Below are positions 27,292 to 35,896 of a DNA stretch of 64,000 bases, in pieces. A program made the translations under genes and the position numbers. This DNA comes from a virus. Its lineage: Duplodnaviria; Heunggongvirae; Uroviricota; Caudoviricetes; Herelleviridae. The stretch lies in the IMG/VR virus record IMGVR_UViG_2706796071_000001; one strand, given 5' to 3'. The notes below the pieces were generated by a model. It was not told the origin of the DNA and searched no databases. It saw nothing but the letters and a program-made list of their open reading frames with translations. How positions within the stretch are numbered: the stretch's first letter is position 1; each line of letters begins with the position of its first letter.

Positions 27292-27599
27292 TACATTTCT
27301 CCTTTTTCTATTTCTTTTATTAAACTATTTAAAGCTTTTTCCTCTTGGTCTATTTCTTGTTTATCGGCTCTAGTTACAATTGATTGTCTACGGTCATTTA
27401 AGAATTGTTTTTTATACTTTACATATTGTTCTAAACCATATTCATCTAGTGTACCTTGCCTAACTAATTCCCTGTATTGTTTTCTTATGTTACTTTTCTT
27501 TTCTTTCATTGAAAGAAAATCGAATACATAACTTATACCAAAACCTACAAGGACTAGAAAAACAATAAAAATAGCAAAATATGTTAAAAATAGTGCCAT
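27291..27599 (-). CDS. small membrane protein, co-translated with the SPFH gene
   Basis: 102 aa with an N-terminal transmembrane helix. Its stop overlaps the SPFH start (ATGA). RBS aaaggaggaattacATG. Confidence 0.45.
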   Translation of the reverse strand: MALFLTYFAIFIVFLVLVGFGISYVFDFLSMKEKKSNIRKQYRELVRQGTLDEYGLEQYVKYKKQFLNDRRQSIVTRADKQEIDQEEKALNSLIKEIEKGEM

Positions 27600-27630
27600 G
27601 TAATTCCTCCTTTATTTGATTACATATATA

Positions 27631-27659
27631 ACTATACACTATGTATTTAATTTTGTCAA
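27631..27659 (-). promoter_or_regulatory. sigma-A promoter for the SPFH operon
   Basis: rc reads TTGACAaaattaaatacatagtgTATAGT. Confidence 0.6.
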
Positions 27660-27670
27660 CACTTTTTTGC

Positions 27671-27700
27671 AAAAAAAATAGACGGATTTAAAATCCGTCT
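27671..27700 (-). terminator. rho-independent terminator after the HNH/endolysin unit
   Basis: Plus-strand A8 followed by hairpin agacggatttaaaatccgtct. Confidence 0.6.
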
Positions 27701-27711
27701 AAATTACTATT

Positions 27712-28332
27712 CTACTTGAATATTGTTATACTTTTAGTTTCTTCATACTCTTTCAACATTCTATCTCTGATATTTATTGCTTCTTTTATACTATCTACTT
27801 GATATGATTGGTACCTTATATTATTTCTTGTTATAGAAACTCTATATTTACCATTAGTTCTTTCTTGTATGTTTTTTAATCCTTCTAGTTTAGAGGGTCT
27901 ATTAACTATATTTTCACTTCTAGTAGTCCATCTACAATTTTCCGGAGAATAGTTACCATCATTATCTATTCTATCTAATTGGTATTTATCAGAAGGTCTT
28001 TTACCCATATCATATAAAAAAGATTCGAAAGAGTTTTTCCATCTATCACAAACTTCAATACCTCTTCCTCCATAATATGGATAACTGTCTTGATTTTTGT
28101 TATAGCATCTTTCTTTCATTTTTCTCCATACTGTATACTCAGGATGTTTTTTAGAACCATTACGTGATTTCATACAACCACAACTTTTATAATAGTATAA
28201 TTGACTTTTAGATAAAACTCTATCCATACCGCAATCACATAAGCATAAATATAATTTACCTTTAACCTTATCTGAACCTACATATTCTTCAACAAATAAT
28301 TTTTCTATTTTTTTACCTATAATATTTTCCAT
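27712..28332 (-). CDS. free-standing HNH homing endonuclease with an AP2-type DNA-binding domain
   Basis: C-terminal AP2-like segment YRVSITRNNIRYQSYQVDSIKEAINIRDRM (short AP2-type DNA-binding segment). The location mirrors the intron endonuclease found in the lysK gene of related phages. Confidence 0.65.
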   Translation of the reverse strand: MENIIGKKIEKLFVEEYVGSDKVKGKLYLCLCDCGMDRVLSKSQLYYYKSCGCMKSRNGSKKHPEYTVWRKMKERCYNKNQDSYPYYGGRGIEVCDRWKNSFESFLYDMGKRPSDKYQLDRIDNDGNYSPENCRWTTRSENIVNRPSKLEGLKNIQERTNGKYRVSITRNNIRYQSYQVDSIKEAINIRDRMLKEYEETKSITIFK

Positions 28333-28394
28333 AAAATCTCTCCTTTGAAAATATTATAACATATGTATAAGGGGTATTGCAACCCCTTTATTTA

Positions 28395-29885
28395 TTAACC
28401 TTTGAATACACCCCAGGCAACCCCAGGTATATGATTAGGTGGAACTCCTTGACAAGTTCTAACAGGGCAATATACTCTGTTACCATTGTAAGCATTGTAA
28501 CCTATCCAAATGTGACCTGCTTGGATACAAACTTCATCATATACAATTGTAGCGCCTGCCGGTAAGTTACCACCTATCGGAGCATTCAAGAATGGGGAAC
28601 CTATTCTAGTTATTATAGGTTGGTTACCATTAACAAACGTTGCCGATTCCGGTTTGTACCAAGTTCCGAACTGGTTCTTTTTCCAAGAACCTGTAACAGG
28701 TCTAGTTGCCGGTGTACTTGCACTACTTGTTTTACCATCTTTAACTATAGTAGAACTTGAAGTTCCTTTATCCATGTAGTTTTTAATTTGTTTAATGAAA
28801 TAATCTTTTAATTTATTCATTATTGCTTGTGATGGTCTACCTTGAGTTACAGGATTAAATCCAGTATGAAGAACCATAGAACGGTGAGGACAAGCTGTTG
28901 GAACGAATTCCATATGCAATCTTACAGTCTTACGGTTAGGAGTAAGACCCCATTCTTTAAATTTCTCTGCAGTAAATTGGAATACTGCTTGTTCGTTTTT
29001 AAGGAATTGAGCATCACTAGCACTCATTGATTGACAGACTTCAATACCTGCAAATCTAAAGTTACCTGAGTTTGCTCCTGTTCCATCCCCTGTGTGCCAA
29101 GCAATTTGATTCTTAGCATCTATTGCTTCCCATACATAACCTTCAGAGCCATAGTAATGAGCAATACCATTAGCATATCTAGCATAACCTGCATTAGCTA
29201 ATGAATTCTCGTATTGTTGTCCTGAAGAACGACCTGCATCGTTGTGTATTACCATTCCTTCAGGTTTCTTACCACGTTTATCCATTGTATAGTTAATATG
29301 GTTCTTAGAAACTTTTAGTGTTGCTTTCTTTTTAGGTGCAGGTGTTTTACTTGCACTTTTCTTAGCTGTTTCTTTTTTAACAGTAGTTCCTGCTTTTACA
29401 GGTATCTCAATAAAATGAGTTAATCCGTAATAATTATCTACACGTTTTGTAGGTTTTTTGTTAGCATAACCATTCCAGTTTTGCTCCAAAATAGTAAATG
29501 TAGAAGTATTACCGCCATCATATACAATACCTATATGACCCCACTGTTGATAACTACCGGATGTAAATACAGCAATCCAACCTTTTTTAGGTACTGTAGA
29601 AGGTTTATTTTCATGTATTTTAAATCCAGTACCATAACTTTGTTTGATTTGGTCTTTAGCATTACCCCAAGTTCTAACTTTATTATCTGTTAACCATAAT
29701 ACATAGTCTGTAATAAGGTCTTGACACTGAGCATGATAATAACCATCTGCGTCAATTGCTCCTGCTTCCATTACACCAAACGATGGGTCATAGCTTGTAG
29801 CTTTTTTAATTCTATAAGGACTGTCTACTGTACCTTTTGCATAAGCGTCTAAACGTTTATTTATTTCTGCTTGAGTCTTAGCCAT
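28395..29885 (-). CDS. lysK: endolysin: CHAP peptidase, amidase_2 and SH3b wall-binding domains
   Basis: 496-aa contiguous ORF. I recognise the N-terminus [25 protein letters not shown] as LysK-like. The CHAP Cys/His region, the amidase segment (GIAHYY, WHTGDG) and the SH3b tail are present. Confidence 0.9.
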   Translation of the reverse strand: MAKTQAEINKRLDAYAKGTVDSPYRIKKATSYDPSFGVMEAGAIDADGYYHAQCQDLITDYVLWLTDNKVRTWGNAKDQIKQSYGTGFKIHENKPSTVPKKGWIAVFTSGSYQQWGHIGIVYDGGNTSTFTILEQNWNGYANKKPTKRVDNYYGLTHFIEIPVKAGTTVKKETAKKSASKTPAPKKKATLKVSKNHINYTMDKRGKKPEGMVIHNDAGRSSGQQYENSLANAGYARYANGIAHYYGSEGYVWEAIDAKNQIAWHTGDGTGANSGNFRFAGIEVCQSMSASDAQFLKNEQAVFQFTAEKFKEWGLTPNRKTVRLHMEFVPTACPHRSMVLHTGFNPVTQGRPSQAIMNKLKDYFIKQIKNYMDKGTSSSTIVKDGKTSSASTPATRPVTGSWKKNQFGTWYKPESATFVNGNQPIITRIGSPFLNAPIGGNLPAGATIVYDEVCIQAGHIWIGYNAYNGNRVYCPVRTCQGVPPNHIPGVAWGVFKG

Positions 29886-30388
29886 TACTTAACTTCCTCC
29901 TCTGCAAATACTTTACCGTGTTCCTCGGTATCTTCTTCATCTTGAGAAGGTGCTGAACCACCATCAATCTCATCTTCGATAGCAGGTACTTCATCACTAT
30001 CATCTGTATCAGGTTCTGCATTGTTTTCGTAGTTGTCTAATTCGAAAGTGCTAGCTGTGTTTGCATTTGCTTGCCATTGAACAAATTCATTAGGGTCTTT
30101 ACTATCACGAGGTTTAATGTAGTCTGTTTGAACGATTTCACTATCTTTAAGACCTTTAGTATTATTATCAACAATAATACCTAAACCTGCTAATAATGTT
30201 AGTATAGAACCTACGATATTGACACCTTGCTCAATTTGAGCTGAATAGTCTAAACCAAAAGCACCTGTAATTTGATTAGCAAATACTGCTACCGCTGATA
30301 TAATTGCTACCCAAAATGTTTTACTCTTAGTTCTTGTGCTAAGGTTTATTCCTCCAACAACTTTAGGTTGTTTAGTTTCATTAGCCAT
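29885..30388 (-). CDS. holin
   Basis: 167 aa with two transmembrane segments and an acidic C-terminal tail. Translationally coupled to the endolysin (ATG overlapping the stop). Confidence 0.75.
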   Translation of the reverse strand: MANETKQPKVVGGINLSTRTKSKTFWVAIISAVAVFANQITGAFGLDYSAQIEQGVNIVGSILTLLAGLGIIVDNNTKGLKDSEIVQTDYIKPRDSKDPNEFVQWQANANTASTFELDNYENNAEPDTDDSDEVPAIEDEIDGGSAPSQDEEDTEEHGKVFAEEEVK

Positions 30389-30472
30389 TAAAAAACCGAC
30401 CTTTCTATTATATTTATTTCTAACAATAATATAACAGTAGGTCGGTCATGTTTATCTATATTAATTTAACAC

Positions 30473-30658
30473 TTACTCATTAATTTGATTTAGTTTTTTG
30501 ATAACTTCAGACATTTGTTTGTTATCTAAATCTTCTAATTTAGTTTCAGGTAATAGCTCTAATTTATCCCAAACTTCTTCTTTATTAGATACTTTATTAT
30601 TAATAATTGCCTTACCAACTAAACTTTCCGTATAATATAATTGCTTTGCTGATGCCAT
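30473..30658 (-). CDS. hypothetical small protein
   Basis: 61 aa. RBS aaaaggagagatacaaATG. Confidence 0.45.
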   Translation of the reverse strand: MASAKQLYYTESLVGKAIINNKVSNKEEVWDKLELLPETKLEDLDNKQMSEVIKKLNQINE

Positions 30659-30895
30659 TTGTATCTCTCCTTTTAAATATGTAAAGTATATAGCTAGTAT
30701 CGTATCCTAGGAACAAACACTTGCGCTATATACTCAATGAAACTCTACCCTCATTCGAGGACACAGCAAACCGGTTCGTCAACCGAACATATGAATTCTC
30801 AAGTTCCATTTATGTAACACACCCTCTTTGATTTGCACAAAGACTAAGGGTTTTGGAGACCCTTGTACTACTAATTATACTAAGGGTGTTTATTA

Positions 30896-30968
30896 TGGTT
30901 TCTATTGGATTTGAACCAATGACACCTAGAGCTTCAATCTAGTGCTCTACCATCTGAGCTAAGAAACC
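30896..30968 (-). tRNA. tRNA-Phe (anticodon GAA)
   Basis: Acceptor GGTTTCT/AGAAACC. Anticodon stem-loop CTAGA-TTGAAGC-TCTAG. T-arm GGTTCAAATCC. Confidence 0.85.
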
Positions 30969-30974
30969 TTGTAA

Positions 30975-31048
30975 CGACTCATACGAGACTCGAACTCGTA
31001 CTCTCTGCCGTGACAGGGCAGTGTGTTAACCAGTTACACCAATGAGCC
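30975..31048 (-). tRNA. tRNA-Asp (anticodon GTC)
   Basis: Acceptor GGCTCAT/ATGAGTC with one G-U pair. Anticodon stem-loop CTGCC-CTGTCAC-GGCAG. T-arm GAGTTCGAGTCTC. Confidence 0.8.
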
Positions 31049-31975
31049 AAAATAAATGCTATACCCTAACCTTACCTTAATGTATAGCAGGTTTTCATAT
31101 AAGCTCGAAGCAACGATTATTACCACTCATAACAACTATATATTAAGTGAAAGGAGGTGAAATGAACAAAACGTGGTAATTGGTACTTATATAGGAAATA
31201 TGTATAATCTACAAGGAGTAAGTTATTGGTTCATAAAGGAGTGTGAACAATAAATACATGAAAGAGTGAAAGAGTGAAAGTCTACTCCTTGTAGATTCTT
31301 TTTTAATTATCAATCAAAGGAGGAAACTGATAATTGTTAATAATAAACTATAAAGAGGAAAATATTTATAGTCACATTCTGATATAATGCAACTAAATAT
31401 CCAAGCATAACCCGTCTCACGAGGAACCTACCTATAAGACCTGTTATTAAGTGAATCACTACGATTGACTCTATTAAGGAGCTACCTTAAGTCCATCTCA
31501 CGCAATTTAAAAGGGACTTACAAACCGCATAACGGTAGTAAGTTTATTAAATAATGTGATATTAACATATTAGTTAATAACTTTCACATGGTCGAAGAAA
31601 AGTAAATTTATTTGATTACCAAATTATTTTTATCAAATATAGCTCTTTTGAACCTGTAGATTTATGCTACTCATACTGATAACCTCTATTATCTAACACA
31701 TTTCTGTGCTCCAACTACAGTTAGTCGTTACAGCGTATCTTTCTAGGATTCCGCTAAGACCCTAGAAAGAAATTAAACCCTAGCCGTTATCATACTCTAC
31801 AGACCTTATAAGTAAGTACCAAGTATACCAATCGTATTTAACAATACTAATGACGACTCACCCTACCGATATATCTCCGATAGGTTTTGATTCGTTTGAT
31901 TATCTTGTACCTTATGACTACCAAATCATTATTCAGTCACTATGCTCAGATATTTAGTTGTATTATTATATATTA

Positions 31976-32004
31976 ATTATAACATATTATATACCCCTTG
32001 TCAA
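31976..32004 (-). promoter_or_regulatory. consensus sigma-A promoter driving a leader of about 920 nt followed by tRNA-Asp and tRNA-Phe
   Basis: rc reads AAATTAACTTGACAaggggtatataatatgtTATAAT. Confidence 0.6.
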
Positions 32005-32011
32005 GTTAATT

Positions 32012-32054
32012 TCAAAAAAAAATTATAGAAGTAGGTACACGTACCTACTTCTAT
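32012..32054 (-). terminator. rho-independent terminator
   Basis: Minus-strand hairpin atagaagtaggtac-gt-gtacctacttctat, then AA and a U9 run. Confidence 0.6.
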
Positions 32055-32149
32055 TTAACTTACATAAGGATGTTTACATTGTTGTTGTTTATACTGGAAA
32101 ACAATGTAAGAAAAAAAACAGTGATGTGTAAGGTATTTGTTTTATTGTT
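32055..32149 (-). ncRNA. candidate small RNA of about 135 nt, bounded by promoter B and the terminator at 32012-32054
   Basis: The consensus promoter at 32156-32184 puts the TSS near 32149. The transcript has an internal stem-loop (acattgtt...aacaatgt, 32058-32109) and a terminator hairpin. It contains no ORF; every ATG is followed at once by a stop. Confidence 0.4.
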
Positions 32150-32155
32150 AATTAC

Positions 32156-32184
32156 ATTATAGCATATACTGATACCTTTGTCAA
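32156..32184 (-). promoter_or_regulatory. consensus sigma-A promoter B. Near-duplicate of the promoter at 31976-32004.
   Basis: rc reads AAATTAACTTGACAaaggtatcagtatatgcTATAAT. Confidence 0.6.
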
Positions 32185-32210
32185 GTTAATTTAATACTTT
32201 TTTTAAAATA

Positions 32211-32429
32211 TTAGTTATCTTTTGTTAATTCTTCCTGAATAGCATCCCATCTTCTTTCTGCTTCACTACGATTATCTTCTATATGTTTTGTAGTTTTACA
32301 ACATTTGATACAGTATATATCTTTGATATGACCTTCTTCTCTTTTATTTGCTCTTTTTCTTGGTACTTTGAATACATTACCACATTCTTTACATATTAAA
32401 CTTGAGTAAAACATTTTTTGTCTTTTCAT
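32211..32429 (-). CDS. small Zn-ribbon protein
   Basis: 72 aa. CKECGN ... CIKCCK arrangement (CxxC...CxxC). RBS agaaaaggaattgattaattATG. Confidence 0.5.
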   Translation of the reverse strand: MKRQKMFYSSLICKECGNVFKVPRKRANKREEGHIKDIYCIKCCKTTKHIEDNRSEAERRWDAIQEELTKDN

Positions 32430-32468
32430 AATTAATCAATTCCTTTTCTTGTTTTATTTGATAATTTA

Positions 32469-32497
32469 ACTATATACTATATTGATAAATAAGTCAA
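32469..32497 (-). promoter_or_regulatory. sigma-A promoter for gene 32211-32429
   Basis: rc reads TTGACTtatttatcaatatagtaTATAGT. Confidence 0.5.
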
Positions 32498-32555
32498 CAG
32501 TTTTCTAAAAATAATTTAAATTATTTTGAAGAATCCTTTAATACCAAAGGTTACA

Positions 32556-32663
32556 AGAGAAAAAGTACGTATTTAGAAAATAAGGAACTCTCCTATTATA
32601 TATAATTATATTCTGATATAGTTAATTAATAATATTAAATATATAATTATAATTAATAAGGTT
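32556..32663. repeat. AT-rich direct repeat, copy 1 of 2 (about 108 bp)
   Basis: Reads aaaagtacgtatttagaaaataaggaactctcctattata ... aaatatataattataattaataaggtt. It recurs at 32744 with about 85% identity. Confidence 0.6.
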
Positions 32664-32743
32664 GGGAAAATTGGAATAGATATAATTGATACTGCTTATA
32701 GATACTCAGTATAAAAGTAAAATCCCTTAGTATCAGTACTTAC

Positions 32744-32853
32744 AGACAAAAAAGTACGTATTTAGAAAATAAGGAACTCTCCTATTATAGTTATATATAC
32801 TTATTAATTATTATTAATTACTATTTAAATATATAATTATAATTAATAAGGTT
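32744..32853. repeat. AT-rich direct repeat, copy 2 of 2
   Basis: Conserved 41-bp 5' block and 27-bp 3' block shared with copy 1. Period about 189 bp. Confidence 0.6.
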
Positions 32854-32908
32854 AAAGAGTCAACAAAAAGACAAATAAAAAAGTGACTACTTAAAGTCAC
32901 TTGTTAAT

Positions 32909-33118
32909 TTAAAAAACTATTTTAAATGATTCAATCATTCTTGGGTTAATATAAATTAAACTAGAACTAGCATCTTCAGTTGTATTAACTTTTATTGATG
33001 CTGAATCAGAACCACTAATCATATAGTCTATATCTTTTCTAGTGTAACCCTTTTCGTCAGATGATACTAAAAAATATTTAGCACCACTTAACATTGTTAT
33101 TTCAATATGTTTTGACAT
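32909..33118 (-). CDS. hypothetical protein
   Basis: 69-aa ORF. A terminator hairpin gtgact/agtcac with a U-run lies downstream at about 32880-32905. Confidence 0.45.
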   Translation of the reverse strand: MSKHIEITMLSGAKYFLVSSDEKGYTRKDIDYMISGSDSASIKVNTTEDASSSLIYINPRMIESFKIVF

Positions 33119-33130
33119 CTACAATCTCTC

Positions 33131-33463
33131 CTATGCAAATTTGTTAAAGACAAAGGATAGTATAGCACCTAGAACAAGTAAAAGAACCTTCTCAGTAGTA
33201 TCCTTCTTCCTAGTATCTTTAGTTTTTGTACTTTCAGCAAGTTCTGAAATCTTTTCATCAAGTCTTTCTAATTGGACGTAAATTGCTGATTGTTTTTCAC
33301 TATTGACAGCTACATCTTTATCTATACTAACTATCATTTTTCTTAGTTCAGCTACCTCAACTTCTAAATCTTTGAAAGTTCCTCTATCTATATAATTACC
33401 TTCTTGTATCTTAGACTTAATAGTTTCTACTTGAGAAACAAGGTTGTTTATCTCCTTATCCAA
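33131..33463 (-). CDS. coiled-coil protein with a C-terminal transmembrane anchor
   Basis: 110 aa. C-terminus LLLVLGAILSFVFNKFA. Confidence 0.5.
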   Translation of the reverse strand: MDKEINNLVSQVETIKSKIQEGNYIDRGTFKDLEVEVAELRKMIVSIDKDVAVNSEKQSAIYVQLERLDEKISELAESTKTKDTRKKDTTEKVLLLVLGAILSFVFNKFA

Positions 33464-33475
33464 CTAGAATCACCT

Positions 33476-33802
33476 CTAAGGTCTAACCGTTTCAGATTCA
33501 GAATGGATATCATAATTTTCTAAGAAATCATTGATAATCTCCATATAATTATCCGTAACGACTTTTCCGTATGATGTACTTGTATCAATTTCAAACCTAA
33601 GCTTACCAAAACTTTGGAGGTCTAATTCTTTTATTACAATATTAGGGTCATCAGAAGGAAGGTAATAATAGTCGAAGTATATAATTGAGCCATTTATTAA
33701 TACTCTGTCTATTCTATAGACGTGGAAATAGCGTCTGTCTCTTTTAAAATGGGCTAGTGCATCTTTAAACTCTAACTTAAGGATATCCTTATATTTAGTC
33801 AA
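33476..33802 (-). CDS. hypothetical protein
   Basis: 108-aa ORF. RBS aaggaggttaccactttgactaaATATG. Confidence 0.5.
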   Translation of the reverse strand: MTKYKDILKLEFKDALAHFKRDRRYFHVYRIDRVLINGSIIYFDYYYLPSDDPNIVIKELDLQSFGKLRFEIDTSTSYGKVVTDNYMEIINDFLENYDIHSESETVRP

Positions 33803-33834
33803 AGTGGTAACCTCCTTACTATTAATTTTTAAAT

Positions 33835-34101
33835 TTACTTATTTTGTGGTATAATAGTTATGATAAAGGCAGTTATTATAATTATATTAAGAATAATGAT
33901 AATAATTATTTTTTCTGAGAAAATAAGCCAAATACTAAAAACAGATAAAGCATAGATAGCTGATAGATATACTATATTAAGAGTTACCTTACTTTTATCT
34001 TCTTTATAGATAGAATAACCTAAAGACGTTGTAACACCACTAAGTATAAAATAATAGAAACAAAAAAGAGGTATAGACAGAAAAAAAGATACGATAATCA
34101 T
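33835..34101 (-). CDS. small membrane protein. First gene of the leftward block at the divergent junction.
   Basis: 88 aa, highly hydrophobic. Confidence 0.45.
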   Translation of the reverse strand: MIIVSFFLSIPLFCFYYFILSGVTTSLGYSIYKEDKSKVTLNIVYLSAIYALSVFSIWLIFSEKIIIIIILNIIIITAFIITIIPQNK

Positions 34102-34242
34102 TGTTAAACACCTATTTCTTTTTGACCTATTATTTCTAGAACTTTTAGATTACACCACTAATATAACATTAAAAGCCAGTCATAAAAGTCAATTGTTAGA
34201 TTAATAATATAATAAAAAAAAGACAATAGGAGGTTAAAGTGG

Positions 34243-34629
34243 TTGAATAATAACATAGCTATATTCATATTCAAAACACTGGTTATCATTATATTCTTAC
34301 TACTAATTTTGTCTGTTATTAATTCCTTGTCCCTTATTTACTCAATAAGACCGAGTGTAGTTATGACATACTTTATCTTTGGTGGTATTGTTTCTAATGT
34401 CGCACTTACTATAACAGATAAGTTCTTACTGAAGAAAGAAGACCCCCTACCTGAATATGTTCTTAAAAAAGTAGAGATAAATGATAAAGAAATAAGAATA
34501 ATAAAGAAAATCATAGAAAGTAACTACGGTATAACAGCAGAAGAGATAAAAGTTAGGGCTAAAGCACAAAGAAGAATAGAGGAAGATAGTAAAAAGGAAG
34601 ATTACGATGAAAACAAAGAAAGAAATTAA
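34243..34629 (+). CDS. membrane protein (TTG start). First gene of the rightward morphogenesis block.
   Basis: RBS aggagg 9 nt upstream of the TTG. N-terminal transmembrane region, then a K/E-rich tail. Confidence 0.5.
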   Translation: MNNNIAIFIFKTLVIIIFLLLILSVINSLSLIYSIRPSVVMTYFIFGGIVSNVALTITDKFLLKKEDPLPEYVLKKVEINDKEIRIIKKIIESNYGITAEEIKVRAKAQRRIEEDSKKEDYDENKERN

Positions 34630-34885
34630 AGAACAAAGGAAAGAACTTAAGGATGGTGCTACATCTGTTTCTTTAGTAAAAAAAGGAGATAAGAGAATAG
34701 CTAGCCCTAGTAGAATTTGTAGCCTATGCGGTCAGCAGTTATCGGGTATGAATTACACTAAAGGAAAAGCATTATCAAAAGTTAATCATTTTCATTTACA
34801 GTATTCTAAGTATATTTATTTTGATATTTGCGCAGATATCAACAATTGTTATAAAAATTTAAGAAAACGAGGTGAAATGGATTGA
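34607..34885 (+). CDS. hypothetical protein
   Basis: 92-aa ORF overlapping both neighbours. Confidence 0.4.
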   Translation: MKTKKEIKEQRKELKDGATSVSLVKKGDKRIASPSRICSLCGQQLSGMNYTKGKALSKVNHFHLQYSKYIYFDICADINNCYKNLRKRGEMD

Positions 34886-35292
34886 GTGCAGAAAATATTA
34901 GAGATATAATTAATAAGAAAAAGCTAGAAGAAGAAGATACAAGAAAGTATATAGCTGATGGATTTATGAATGGTATTGGTAAATTAATGTATGAATTCAA
35001 TAAAAAAGTAGATAATAAAGAAATAGAAGTTAAAGACCCTAATGATTTATATAAACTATTCGTGATATTCTCTCAAATGCAAAATATGGTCAATGAAACT
35101 TCTGAAGGTGGAGCAATACCTCAGTTATCTAGACCTCAACAGGAATTATTTGACGAGATTACAACAGAAGATAGCAATGGAGAATCTACAGTTGATTTAC
35201 AGAAGATATCAGAAATGTCAGCAGAAGATATTACAGCAATGATTTCTGAAAAGGAAAAAGTAATGAATGAGGAAAATTCAGAAACATTCTAA
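34882..35292 (+). CDS. acidic hypothetical protein immediately upstream of terL. A small-terminase role is possible but unsupported.
   Basis: 136-aa ORF. RBS aacgaggtgaaATGG. Confidence 0.45.
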   Translation: MSAENIRDIINKKKLEEEDTRKYIADGFMNGIGKLMYEFNKKVDNKEIEVKDPNDLYKLFVIFSQMQNMVNETSEGGAIPQLSRPQQELFDEITTEDSNGESTVDLQKISEMSAEDITAMISEKEKVMNEENSETF

Positions 35293-35306
35293 GGAGAAAG
35301 ATATAA

Positions 35307-35650
35307 ATGGATGGAAAAGAACTAATTAAGATAGCACAAGAAACATTTCAAACTGAAAAAATAACAAGAGAACAGATAGACCATATAATCAATATGTTAA
35401 ACCCTTCTACCTATATGCTTAAGTATCATACACTAAGAGGACACCCTATAACTTTCAGCATTCCTAATAGAGATAGAAGTAAAGCACAGGCTCATAGACC
35501 GTGGCAAACTAGGATTGTAAATGATACTCATCCTAATAAGGCTGTAATAAAATCACGTCAGTTAGGTCTTAGTGAGATGGGTGTAATGGAAATGGTTCAT
35601 TTTGCAGATATGCATAGTTATGCCAATGCAAAGTGTTTATACACATTCCC
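35307..35650 (+). CDS. terL: terminase large subunit, exon 1 (N-terminal ATPase region with Walker A)
   Basis: VIKSRQLGLSEMG resembles the T4 gp17 Walker A segment SRQLGKT. The ORF stops at 35657 where the intron begins. The exact 5' splice site is unresolved. Confidence 0.7.
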
Positions 35651-35844
35651 TAGATGACAAATTGGGGAATTAAAACTCTGTTAAACGGTCATAGGAAAAT
35701 AAAGAATATCCTGGTAAGAGAGACTAAGTCCTAACGGATAGAGTTAATACCGTGCTAAATCAACTTATAGAGTTGTAAATGCCGAACGACTAAATTTCTA
35801 GATAGCTTATTAAAAGGAATAAGTGAAAACTAGATAAGAAAGTC

Positions 35845-35873
35845 TTGACAAAAATACCAAAGTAAGTTAATAT
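35845..35873 (+). promoter_or_regulatory. sigma-A-like promoter inside the intron, driving the endonuclease ORF
   Basis: TTGACAaaaataccaaagtaagtTAATAT, followed by RBS ataggaggtggaaaacaaATG. Confidence 0.55.
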
Positions 35874-35896
35874 ATTAAATAGGAGGTGGAAAACAA

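Noticed and set aside
28395-29885. Group I intron inside the endolysin gene, as in the phage K prototype
   Set aside because: The ORF is continuous for 496 codons covering the CHAP, amidase and SH3b regions, with no interruption and no intron core motifs inside.
30700-30800. A third tRNA between gene 30473-30658 and tRNA-Phe
   Set aside because: A CCTCGAATGAGG hairpin has only a 4-nt loop. No acceptor or anticodon arms can be built. It is treated as generic structured RNA, not a tRNA.
32556-32853. Possible CRISPR array, based on direct repeats with spacers
   Set aside because: Only two repeat copies. They are more than 100 bp long, extremely AT-rich, imperfect and have unequal internal structure. 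There is no cas context. This does not look like a CRISPR array.
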